Shown here: positions 52,329 through 64,000 of the stretch, piece after piece
Layout: every line of letters starts with the position of its first letter
Numbering within the stretch: the first letter of the stretch is position 1
Assembly: GCF_006345805.1 (NCBI RefSeq)
Contig: NC_043010.1
Span: 37,076,001 to 37,140,000, forward strand
Direction of reading: 5' to 3'
Source: Octopus sinensis
Taxonomy: Eukaryota
Length of the DNA stretch: 64,000 bases
Program-made: the position numbers and the translations under genes
The notes under the pieces: generated by a model
What the model was told of the DNA's origin: nothing
What the model saw: only the letters and a program-made list of their open reading frames with translations
Database searches by the model: none

Positions 52329-52542
52329 TTGTGTATATGTTTGTGTGTCTGTGATTGTCCCCCCAACATCACTTGACAGCCGATGGTGGTGTGTTTACTT
52401 CCCTGTAACTTAGCAGTTTGGCAAAAGAGACCAATAGAATAAGTACTAGGCTTACAAAGAATAAGTCCTGGGGACAATTTGCTCGACTAAAGGCAGTGCT
52501 CCAGCATGGCCACCGTCAAATGACTGAAACAAGTAAAAGAGT
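52121..52542 (+). mobile_element. SINE family A, full length
   Basis: Complete head, CORE-like block, internal (TA)n(TG)n and tail. Confidence 0.85.
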
Positions 52543-52643
52543 ATGTATGAATGTGGATATATGTACATATATATGTTATGTACATGTGGAATCGTGTGTA
52601 TGATGCACATATATGCATACAATATAGATACACTTGTATATAA

Positions 52644-52689
<46 letters not shown>

Positions 52690-53342
52690 GGTTTAAAATA
52701 ATACTGATGTCTTCTGTCATCTTAATTAAACTTTACGTTGCTCCAAAACTTCACTGTTGCAGTTGTAATTTTGTTATTACTGGCATTGTTATTGTTGTTA
52801 GTTATCTTTTCTGCTTGTTCATATATTTTTCAGATTTCAGTATGTATGTATGCATGTATATATGTGTAATATAGACAGAAAGGAAATCTGTTTTGAATGT
52901 TGCATATCAATTCATGTATTTTATTTATTTCTAATTTTTTACATTTTAATTCTATTTTTCACACTCAAACATTTTTTTTTATGCATAAATTTTATTCTTT
53001 TGCATAATATATTTTATTTTTGTTGTCGTTGTTGTTGTCAAGATAGTGAGCTGGCAAAATGGTTAGCATGCTGGACAAAAAGCATAAACAGTATTTCTTG
53101 GCTTTCATTCTGAGTTCAAATTCCACCATAGTTGACTTTGCCTGTCATCCTTTCGTAGTCGATGTAATCAACTAGTCCCCTCCCCCCAAAATTTCAGGCC
53201 TTGTGCCTCCAGTAGAAAGGATTATTATTATTATTATTATTACATACACACACATTCTTTGTTTTGTCCTGTACTGTCTGTATTGTTTTTCTTAATGTAA
53301 ACCCTTGTGGTTAATAAAGAAAGCATTATTATTATTATTATT

Positions 53343-53905
53343 GATCGAGAGAGAACAGTGCATGTCATCAAAGTGACAGTGAGGTAAAATATACGAAGCC
53401 CAGTACAACCATTATGACAACCCGTCTGATAAGGGTACACCAGGCACATGCATCACAGTCATGTGCGTGACATAGTAATCTCATATCATGATAAACAACA
53501 CATGAACTTGCAGGTGGGCCCCAGTTAGAATTTTCTGCAGGTCGAGTAGCCCATCCTGCTCAAAAGGTCCCTGAATAATTGTTGTTTAAAATATGTTGAA
53601 CGAAACACCCATGTTTCCAAAGGTGAATTACTCAAACCCCAAAGAATTCCTCTCAACACATGGCTATGATGCTCCTCCACTACTGGTGCTTGTGATCAGA
53701 AATGCACATATTGTCAGCCACTAAGGGATATACTCAACTAGTTACGGTCAAGCAACTGAGAACTGGCAAGCAAATCTGTGGTATTGAACACAATATTTGC
53801 TGTAGACTATCTTTTATACCAAGACAAAAAAAATGTACACGATAACGCTTCCAATCAGTTAAGATCAGAAGCCATGAGAGCCTCTGCCTGATACTGCATC
53901 AGGGC

Positions 53906-53907
<2 letters not shown>
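53343..53907. mobile_element. About 565-bp interspersed element flanked on both sides by (ATT)n
   Basis: (ATT)6 at 53325-53342 and a long (TTA)n from 53908. The interior is complex and non-coding, and the right end can form short hairpins. Confidence 0.5.
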
Positions 53908-53957
<50 letters not shown>

Positions 53958-54679
53958 AGTAGTAGTAGTAGTAGTAGTAGTTTTTGCAATAGCATAATCA
54001 GAATTAATGATAATCATGATGGTGGTGTTTCTATTTGTGGATTTGCTGGTGTTAGAGTGATGGTGGCGGTAGTGGCAGTATTGGTGGAAGTGACTGAGGC
54101 AAAGGTGACATTGTTGGTAGCATTTGATTTGAAGACTGTAGTGGTGGTGGTGATGGTGGTGGTGCTAGAGCAGTGGCTAATGTTGATGATGATGATGTGG
54201 ATGTTGTTTAGCCCCAAGTAATTTCTTGATCAAGCAGTTGCTGCTTCTGCTGACGACAACGATGATGATGATGATGATGATATTGTTGGTGTTTAGGAGA
54301 ATTTCAGACAGTGGCAGTGATAATGATCATAATGCCAGCACTTTATTATTATTATTATTATATTATTATTTTATTATTTGTTCATGTTTTTATTTTGTTT
54401 TGTTTTTTGTACATTTTATAAGATTTGAAACTAATGTTGTTATCATTATTTATTATCGTTATTATTTATATCATTTTTATCGGTTTTTGTTGTGTATTAT
54501 TTTTTTTTAAATATTCTTTTGCTATTTTTTAATTTTTTTTTTCGTCTTCTTCTTCTTCTTTGCGTCTGCTTTTGACTTACGATCATATCATCCATCTACC
54601 GTGATGGAAGACAAATAAATATCTAGCTGTCTTTGTTAGAAATGCAGCAATGATGCTGGTGATGATATTGTGATGCTGC

Positions 54680-54711
<32 letters not shown>

Positions 54712-55299
54712 ATAATAATGATGGTTTGGAAGGTGGTAGGAGTTTCCCAGCTTGATGTAAATACACACACACACACACACACTAACACATACATTTTTGT
54801 GTTTGTGTGTGTGTGTCTGTCTGTCTGTCTACTGTCTATGTACACTTATGCTTAAGCTGAAAATATGTTTCCTTGTGACACATATGTGTAAATGTGTGTT
54901 CATGTGTCCGTACAGAAACACACGGTCATAGACACTCTCAATGTACACATATACATGTTTGCTTACACAGACACACACACACACACAATCACATGTGCAT
55001 ACACATACTAATACACACGTGTGTGAATCTGTAGTCATAAACACTGCAAACTTTATCACACAAATACAAAAATTTGTGTTCTCATAAATATACCACACAC
55101 ACACACACACACACACACACATGCACACACACACTTACGCATTTGCATATGTATGCATACATCACAAGTATACGCACACAAAATATATGGATGCAAATTT
55201 GTTCTGATTTCTAATGAAATTATTTCTGATACACGCACACAAACACACCCACATGCATGCACACTCACTTTCATATAATATACATATGTATATATATGT

Positions 55300-55514
55300 G
55301 TGTTAGTGTGTGCATGCATGTATATATATATATATATAAATTTACATATATATGTATGTATATAAATTTACATATATATATATGTATGTATATAAATTTA
55401 CATATATATATATAAATTTACATATATATATAATATATATATATATATAAATTGACATATATATATATATATATATATATACATACATATATATATATAT
55501 ATATATAAATTTAC

Positions 55515-55545
<31 letters not shown>

Positions 55546-55562
55546 CATAATATATATATGTA

Positions 55563-55594
<32 letters not shown>

Positions 55595-55608
55595 AATATA
55601 TATATGTA

Positions 55609-55640
<32 letters not shown>

Positions 55641-55654
55641 AATATATATGTATA

Positions 55655-55686
<32 letters not shown>

Positions 55687-55792
55687 AATATATATATATA
55701 TATATATTGTAGACACGCACATATATGCGTGTGCATGTATATATGTATATATGTGTGTGTGTGTGTGTGTATGTATATATATATGTATATAT

Positions 55793-55829
<37 letters not shown>

Positions 55830-55830
55830 T
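55300..55830. repeat. (TA/CA)-derived compound array with a recurring TATAAATTTACA unit
   Basis: Directly visible. Confidence 0.9.
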
Positions 55831-56420
55831 ACACACACACACATACTCATGCATGCACACACAAGTACATACATACACAGTCTAATGGACACAAAAATTA
55901 CCAGATGATGTTTATACTGAATTATTACAATATTGTTCTTCACTACACACACATACTTGCAAGCACACACACTCACACACATACACACACAAGCACTATT
56001 GATAAGATTTAAAATTTTGCAAGTTCATTACCACAGTCTCATGTAGCTTTTTTGCACAGACTGTTTTTCTTTTTTGGTTTTCTTTTTGAATTCTTAATAA
56101 GGTTTTTTTTTTATCCGTTATGTGTTTGTGGAGTGAGGATACATGTATGGGAAGTGAAATGGTGTTTGGTGCTTGTCACAGTTTGTTGTCCTTATGTGTG
56201 TATCAGGCAATGCATTCTGCAACTACTAGATTCTAGTCATCGTTGTCATGATGATGATCATCATCATTGTTTTGGCATCTGTTTTTGAAGCCTACATGGG
56301 TTGGACAGAGTAGATTGAGGCACGTTTTCTGTGGCCAGATGCCTTTCCAGTCACCAATCCTCACCTGTAGGTAATATTTCCCTTTGGTCTGACAGGTTTT
56401 CTCAGAATATATATATATAT

Positions 56421-56724
56421 CACCGTGATCGACCAGGCTGTCAGATGTTGCTACACATCGCTGGTCACAATGCGCTTCGCATTGTTTTTTAGCCTTCAAA
56501 TGACGCCACCCCGCTGGCTAAGCGAGCAGGCCAACAGAAGAAAGAGTGAGAGAAAGTTGTGGCGAAAGAGTACAGCAGGGTTCGCCACCACCCCCTGCCG
56601 GAGCTTCGTGGGGCTTTAGGTGTTTTCGCTCAATAAACACTCACAACTCCCTGTCTGGGAATCGAAATTGCGATCCTATGACTGCGAGTTCGCTGCCCTA
56701 ATCACTGGGCCATTGCGCCTCCAC
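56421..56724 (-). mobile_element. tRNA-derived SINE, CpG-rich (likely young), full length
   Basis: Minus-strand head GTGGAGGCGCAATGGCCCAGTGATTAGGG (A-box at 56702-56712) and B-box-like ATTTCGATTCCC (56657-56668). It lies between (TA)n and (CA)n tracts. Confidence 0.8.
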
Positions 56725-56771
56725 ACACACACACCACCACACACACACACACCACACACACACACACACAC

Positions 56772-56821
<50 letters not shown>

Positions 56822-57213
56822 TTTGGACTTTGGGCATCTGTTCTGTAGTATACCAATTAGAGTACTTTCACCATTTAGGCTACCTGGCGTCATCCACAGT
56901 TATGATATATTTGTCACTGGATCTATGTCAGGAATTCTACAGTGCTCATTGAGACTATAATGAGTGAGGGAAACTGAAAATGAGTTTAGCTAGAATCTTT
57001 ATTCAACATAATGATCATTTCGATCCATCCTGAATTTGTCCCTTACAGGTGGGATCTCATACAGCTAGTTGAGTTGCATCCATCAATGACAAGTCACAGG
57101 CTGTGCCTTGTCACGTGTCTCATTTAGATAAGATACCTCACTACATATACTGAGCACAGTTGTGTTGCATAAAGATACTTGCTAAATCCATTTTGCATTT
57201 CGCTCACTCATTT

Positions 57214-57246
<33 letters not shown>

Positions 57247-57744
57247 GTTGTGTGTGTGTGTGTGTGTTTGTGTCCTTGTATTGATGTCATGTGATAGTTG
57301 TAAACAAGTACCACTGTCATACATGCGGTGTCATTCATTTCCAACATACTGAGAGAAGTACATATCTGACCATGGTGGTGGGGAATATTACTTTGCTTGG
57401 AATCAAGGTGAGGGCTGGCAGCAAGGTGGGCATCTGGCTGTGGAAAATCTACCATAATACATTCCATCTGACCCATGCAAGCATGGAAAAGTTGACATTA
57501 AAATGATGATGATGATGATGATGATTTGGAAAATTATTCTTTCTTCTGTCGTTGATTGTCTTATGGTGCTGTGTTTAAGATGTGATATTTTCCTCACTGT
57601 CCAGTGGTTACATATGACTTATTTCTTCTGATGTAAGAGTTATGGCATGGCAAATTCTAAAACTGACCATTTGACTGACTGACAGTTATACTGGACTGAG
57701 CATTTATATGATGTTTGGTAGCAGTGTTAGGCTAGATATCTGTC

Positions 57745-57945
57745 TGGGTGACCGGCCGACTCATTTGGCAGCCATAATGAATGAGGTGTCTGTTGGCTTG
57801 ACCAACCTATTTGGCAATCATATCAAATTAATGTATTTGTATTGTTGACCAATATAGCAGCTCTATTAAGGCTGAATGTTAGTGTGTAGTTGACCCATTT
57901 GGCAGCCATATTGAAAGTAGGTGATATTCTGAGTGACTCATCAAT
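57745..57945. repeat. Degenerate minisatellite of about 43-50 bp with a conserved TGAC..ATTTGGCAGCCATA core
   Basis: TGAC anchors at 57749, 57799, 57846, 57891 and 57934. Core motifs at 57763, 57809, 57852 and 57897. Confidence 0.6.
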
Positions 57946-58379
57946 TGTTATATTAGACTTCTTTTTTTTCTTAACATTCTACTTTCATTCCCCCTTATCA
58001 TTCTACTTTCATTTTCTTCTCTTTTTTTCCTTTCAGCCTTTTTTCTTTTCATTCCTTTTTCTATTTTTTCTCCTCTTTCTTCTTGATTTTGTTTCTGCTT
58101 TTTTTTTTTTGTCTTTTCCTTTCCATGTTCTTCTTCCATCTTATTTTTGTTCTCAGTTTGTCCTTTTCTTTTGTTTCCTATCCATCTATGGTTTCCCATC
58201 TCATTTTACTGAGATTCCTAAATAGCAACTATTTTGTTAGGCCTGTCTCATCAGAGGTCATGTTTTTGAGTGAGTCGCTGTCCTGGACCAAGTTGTAACC
58301 AAAGCTTGGTGTCTGGCATTTGCCATATTGCTAAATGTTCATTCTATTTTACCAACCAAGTAATGCAATTAGTGGAATG

Positions 58380-58620
58380 CCTCCTTGACCATTCTATAAA
58401 GGGTTAATGGAGAAGAATATAAGCAATGGTAACCTGGGAACAAATTTGGTCATTAATGAGGACAGTCTGAATAGTATCCTTTGAGGACATTCTGGTTAGA
58501 GACTTCTGAAGTTTATTGACCTGACAGTAAAACAAGAGTTAGGTGTGTTATACCAAGTCAGAATAAAATCTAGACACACGACAGTGCTGTCAGCCTGTGT
58601 GTAAAACAGCCATGGGCGAC
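58380..58620 (+). pseudogene. Possible heavily degraded LINE RT fragment
   Basis: GTNLVINEDSLNSIL* followed by LLKFIDLTVKQELG loosely resembles the region around the FADD motif. The motif itself is not intact. Confidence 0.25.
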
Positions 58621-58820
58621 CTTATACCAGAAGCAAGCCACATGAGACATGGCTCATCATCTTTTTTTCACTGTTTTTGCAACCCATTTTGGTAAGGTTC
58701 CCTATTTGTTGTCCATGGTTTCTGTTCCAGTTCTTTACATTCTGAATTCTAATCCCATTGGGTTCAAATGTGTCCTTCATCCTTTCGAAATTGAAAAAAT
58801 GAAATCACCAGTCTAGTATT

Positions 58821-59038
58821 TTTTTTTCCAACTCTAGGCACAAGGCCCGAAATTTTGGGGTAAGGGAGCCAGTCGATTAGATCGACCCGAGTATATAACT
58901 GGTACTTAATTTATTGTCCCTGAAAGGATGAAAGTCAAAGTCAACCTCGATGGAATTGGAACTCAGAACGTAAAGACAGACAAAATATTGCTGAGCATTT
59001 TGTCCGGTGTGCTATCATTTCTGCCAGCTCACTGCCTT
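58821..59038 (-). mobile_element. SINE family B2 with an oligo(A) tail
   Basis: 10-bp TSD GTCTAGTATT at 58811 and 59039. Confidence 0.8.
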
Positions 59039-59758
59039 GTCTAGTATTCGGGCTCACCAGTCTAGTATAGGTGCCATTGGTATTTACTTAGACTCTTGCT
59101 TCAATAGTGCCTAAATCAGAAACCATTAGGGTGGTGAACTGACAGAATTGGTAGAGCATAGATTACAGCACACAATTCCTTCAGATTCCTTACATTTTGA
59201 GTTCAAATTTCAGCACGGCCCAACTTCGTCTTTCATCTTTTGAAGATCAGTAAAATAGTTGGTGTCAGCTAAAGCTCCTGCCTCCAAAATTTCTGGCCTT
59301 GTGCCAAAATTTGAAACTTATTAAAGGCAGCTAGCTGGCAGAATCATTAGCTTGCTGGGCAAAATGCTTAGTGGCATTTCGTCTGTCTTCACGTTCTGAG
59401 TTCAAATTCCACTGAGGTCAACTTTTCCCTTCATCCTCTCAGGGTCGATAAAGTAAGTACCAGTTGAGTACTGGGGTCAATGCAATTGGCTTACCCTCTC
59501 CCCAGAAATTTGAAATCATCATCATCATCATGTGAAAAACAATTGATAACTATAAATGTTAGACTACCCCTGTGAACAATTTCGTTCCTTTTACAACTGT
59601 TATCATTTATCATTACCATCATCACTACCACCACCTCCTCTTCCTCGTCTAAATACTGAAGAAGAACTGGCTGAACCAAGCAATTTCCCCATAGGCCAGC
59701 CAGCAGTTGTGGTAGGTAGATTTGCAGAAATGGCTGGGAAAAAAGGGGGTAAAAAAAT

Positions 59759-59795
<37 letters not shown>

Positions 59796-60217
59796 AGATT
59801 TAGCTGCTGCCAAATGTAACATATGTTATAAGAGCACTTTCATTAAACTGCAAAAAAATACAAGAAAACCCACCTAATTTAGAAATAAATTATGAAGTAA
59901 TTTATAATGACATTCACCATCATCCATGGTGTGGTCGCCATTGCTGTTGTTTCTTTTTCTTAAGAGAAGAGCATGAGAGAAGATCAATATCTCTCTGGCT
60001 CTCTTTGTTTGTTTTGCTTTATTGTTTTTTTTCGTTCTGAAAAATCAGAAATAGAAAGTGACCTTTAAGATAGCAGCACCAGCTAGGTGTAAATAAAAAC
60101 AAAAAAAGAAAAGTTATAAAAAAAAAGAAAAACAGTAAAAAAAAACAACAACACTGACAAGACATGAACAAAGTCATATATCAAGAGACATTGCATTTTA
60201 AAAAGTAGTTCTACAAT

Positions 60218-60253
<36 letters not shown>

Positions 60254-60436
60254 GTGAAGGGGTGGTCTAAGAGAGTATCATGGGAGGGCAAGTGTGACAA
60301 GATTGAAAATTCTTGTCAGTTACCATATTGTTTTATTCTTATTTTTGCATTCCTCCTCCTAAGAAGAAAATTGTATGCGCATATGTATGTGCATGTGCAG
60401 CCTCCCCTCCCACACACACCCACTCTATTAATTCAT

Positions 60437-60823
60437 TGCAGGTGTGGCTGTGTGGTAAGAAGTTTGCTTTGCCAACCACACACTTCTGCGTTCAATCCCA
60501 CTGTGTGGCACCTTGGGCAAGTGTCTTCTACTGCCGCCCTTGGGTCGACCGAAGTTTTGTGAGTGGATTTGGTAGATGGAAACTGAAAGAAGTTCATCCT
60601 ACATATGTGTGTGTGTGTTTGTGTTTTTCTGTCACTATTGTTTGACAACTGGTGTTAGTGTGTTTACATCCCCATAACTTAACAGTTCAGCAAAAGCAAC
60701 CAATAGAATAAGTACCAGGTTTAAAAAATAAATACTGGGGTCGATTCATTCAACTAAAATCTTCCAAGGCGGTGTCCCAGGATGGTCACAGTCTAATGAC
60801 TGGAACAAGTAAAAGATAAAAGA
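60437..60823 (+). mobile_element. SINE family A
   Basis: Family A head, CORE-like block and tail. Confidence 0.8.
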
Positions 60824-60831
60824 TATATATA

Positions 60832-61040
60832 TCATCATCATCATCATTGTTTAATGTCTGCTTTCCATACAGGCATGGGTTGGATGGTTTGACTGAGAAC
60901 TGGCGAGCCAGATGGCTGCACCTGGCTCCAATCTGATCTGGCAGTGTTTCTACAGCTGGATGCCCTTCCTAACGCCAACCACTCTGAGAGTGTTGTGGGT
61001 GCTTTTTATGTGCCACCGGCAGTACTGGCGACGGCCACAC
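60832..61040 (-). mobile_element. RTE-type 3' end (family C)
   Basis: Reverse complement of the 12897 tail, starting with (ATC)n. Confidence 0.75.
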
Positions 61041-62587
61041 TCAAATGGTGTTTTTTATGTGCCATTTTGGCAAAAGAGATTGATAGACTGAATACCAGGG
61101 TTTAAAAAGTTATGTACTGGGATTGATTTGTTCAACTTAAACTCTTTAGAGTGGTACCCCCAGCATGGCCAAATTCTAATGACTGAAACAAAAGATAAAA
61201 GACACACACACACACTAGTCTGATAAATGATAACTTTCCTCTTCACATACTCCGAAGTTTCTTCAATATGAAACCCTTCAGTAACATGAATTGGCTGTTA
61301 TGAGATTAACTTATAGTAGCATATAAATAATATATTCACTCTATTATGTAATATTGTATGCATAGATCCAACATAAAAACGTAGTGAAGATAATAGGCTA
61401 TCTTTGAGAACAGTTTCACTCCTTTGCTGTGCTATCATCAGCAACAGAGTACTTTCCTTAAACTCCATGACTTATAAAAACTATTGCTATTATTAAAAGG
61501 ATTAAGGTGTCGAGCTGGCAGAATTGTTAGCATGCTGGACTAAATGCTTTGTAGTATTTCGCCCCTCACTCCATTCTGAGTTCAAATTCTGCTGAGGTTG
61601 ACTTTGCTTTTCATCCTTTTGGGGTCAAAAAATTAAGTACCAGTTGAACGCTGGGGTCAATGTAATGAACACAAATCCTCCCGCAAAATGGCTGCCCTTG
61701 TGCATATCATAATTTCAGTTGCTTTGATTTATAGATTTTTGAAGTATTAAGTGTTGTGTTTCAGTGCCACTCTGTACTACAAATTATTTATGCAGATTTC
61801 ATCCAACATTATGACTGTCAATCTCTCTAATGTATGCAGTGTGGGCTAAAATTTATAGATATACTCTGTAATACAGAATAGCATAACATTTATATACAGC
61901 TGAGCATCTATGTTTTTCAACAGAATGTGAATCACAGGAACTACTAATGTAATAATAAACCTCCCCAGCAACAACACTTCTATATTGAGGATCAAATGAT
62001 CAAATGACTCAGGTTAAACCCCTCCCTTAAAATCTCAACTCCCATCCTACACACCTCATTTGTCAGAAATTTACTAACAGGATGTAATTTATCAGCTCCT
62101 TGTTCTTAATACTAAACATATAAACAAACATTAACACCCTTATTATTATTATTATTATTATTACTATTATTACTATTATTACTATTATTATTATTATCTC
62201 ATCATCATCATCTCCATGTCAAATGAAATAGCTAAATCTTTTCTGATTTTCATTATCTCAATCCTTTTTTCTTTAATTACAATGTTTCTGCTGATATACA
62301 CTGCCTTCGTTGCAATATATTTTTAACAAAAATAATAAATTCAGTAAAAACACAGATTTTATCATGATTAAGCTGATGTGAAAGCGGCAAGTTGGCAGAA
62401 TCTTTAGCAAGCCAGACAAAATGCTTAGCCGGATATATTTTCATGGAAGATTGAAAATGAATGATACAGTTTGTGCAATGGCGATATTCATTTATAATTA
62501 TGATGTGATGTCTAGACAAGGATACACACACATATGTACTTAAGCATACACATACACACACACACATACAGAGATTATTTCAGCTTC

Positions 62588-62973
62588 TATTGGGTTATCC
62601 GGAAAGTTCGTGCTGATTTTTAAAGGAAAGAAAAAGGTCAATAAATACTTGTCATTACATTTTTAATCAACCAAATATGAACCATTTTGTTGTACAATGC
62701 GTCTCCATCTTTCCTTTAACTAAAAAATACCTTCTTCCCAGAATTGAGGTGGTTTCATGGCAAAGAATTCATCAAGGTATCTTTTTACGTCATCCAAGGA
62801 ATTGAAATTTTTACCATTAAGACTATTCTGCAGAGACCTGAATAAGTGGAAATCTGAAGGAGCAACATCTGGTGAATATGGAGTGGGGAGTGACACATCC
62901 CAGCCGAGCTGCAGCAATTTTTGTCTGGTTCCCAAAGCATCAAGTGCCAAAAATGAACTTTCTTATCTTCCAT
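62588..62973 (-). mobile_element. Internally deleted mariner (DD34D) transposon
   Basis: The minus strand has the N-terminus MEDKKVHFWHLMLWE (ATG at 62973) joined to the C-terminus LGTRQKLLQLGWDV..PYSPDVAPSDFHLFRSLQNSL...WEEGIF*LKERWRRIVQQNGSYLVD*. YSPD(L/V)APSD is the mariner catalytic motif. The 3' TIR starts after TA at 62588. Confidence 0.92.
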
Positions 62974-64000
62974 TTTAAAGAGTTAGAGAATTAACACAGG
63001 TGTTGATTTGTTTAAGTCCCCTTGCCCCGCTAGCTTTATGGGTTAGCAAAAAGAACCTCATAGAATAGGTATCACCAGAGTTTAAAATATGTCCTAAAAT
63101 CAATTTGGTCAACTGAACTCTTCAAGGCAGTGCTCCAGCATGGCTTCTATTCAATGACTGAAATAGATAAAATAATAAAGAATGAAAAATATGAAAGACT
63201 CAAAAAAAAAAAAAAGTCGAATTTTCCTTTTGCCTTTCCTTGGAGATTTAACCATTGTTGACAATTTGAACCTATTGACCTTGTTGGTCAGCTCTAATCA
63301 AGCAAACCTATGATCAAAGGCATTCCAGGTATGACTATTCTGCCATAGTATATCTGTATGACTACATTTATCCAATAGGTCCCTCCTTTTTCTAGATAAT
63401 AGGGTGTGACTTGAGAGAGATTTAACTACTATTTATGTCAGTAGGTTGAATGATGACTCAGAGTCTGTCTTTTTCCTCTCACTCTCTTTCTTCTGCTCTC
63501 CCTCCTTCTCTCTCTCTCACGGCGCTGTGTGTTGTGCGGTGCCACCCAACTCCATTAATTTATGCTTATGATAGAGAAGCAATCAATCAATCAGACTTTC
63601 AAGAGTATGATAATCCAATAATAGATCAAATATGGTATAAATATGTAGACAAATTGAAGCCAGTCGCTTTTAATAATTTTTGTGTAACCTTCTCATCATC
63701 GTTGTCATTATTGTCATTATCTCTTCCGTTGTCAATCAGTTCGTTATCAGGCAATCAAGCTGATTACTTGACTTTCCATGGTCACAGGTATATATCAACG
63801 AATGAGACCATTGTGAGCCTCTGTGTATAGCCATTTGAACTACAAATAACAGCTTAATCTTCCTCAAATCACATGCTTTTATCTCTTACGACCTCCTTCA
63901 GAAATAAAATGAGGAAAAAAAAAGGACATAGCAGATAAGTTAGTCTGAGATACACTATGTCTAGATGAACGACAAGCGGATCATAGCCGAAGCAGTAATA

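Noticed and set aside
56640-56724. tRNA-like head read as a possible tRNA gene (also 511, 1149 and 17287)
   Set aside because: No complete cloverleaf or acceptor stem is present, and each head continues into a SINE body.
57745-57945. CRISPR array interpretation of the repeat-spacer pattern
   Set aside because: The DNA is eukaryotic, the repeats are non-identical and non-palindromic, the linkers are partly similar and there are no cas genes.

Overview
AT-rich eukaryotic non-coding DNA, inferred to be octopus (coleoid cephalopod) from recurring tRNA-derived SINE families, RTE-type (GAT)n tails and very dense (TA)n/(CA)n/(ATT)n/(CAT)n microsatellites. No intact protein-coding gene is supported. 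Almost all ORFs in the track are artefacts of microsatellites or SINE copies. The only clear protein homologies are dead transposon pieces: an internally deleted mariner at 62588-62973, an RTE reverse-transcriptase fragment at about 51010-51350 and a probable maT/Tc1 C-terminus at about 24093-24270. The window is a mosaic of about five SINE families (labels A-E are my working names), hAT and TTAA MITEs with clean TSDs, a Helentron-like (HINE) element and nested insertions. The best candidates are: (1) a tRNA-headed (Pol III A/B box) element with a Penelope-type minimal hammerhead fold at 17275-17550, plus a second, (TA)n-abutting family with a variant CUGUCGA hammerhead core (35033-35068 and 13536-13575); (2) a strong recursive-splice (ratchet) motif, polypyrimidine-CAG|GTAAGT, at 14086-14093, followed by a 199-nt exon-like segment with stops in all three frames, which suggests the window lies in a long intron of a + strand gene; (3) unexplained diverged tandem repeats of about 175 bp (22223-22574) and about 45 bp (57745-57945). 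All were read by eye and none has been tested computationally.
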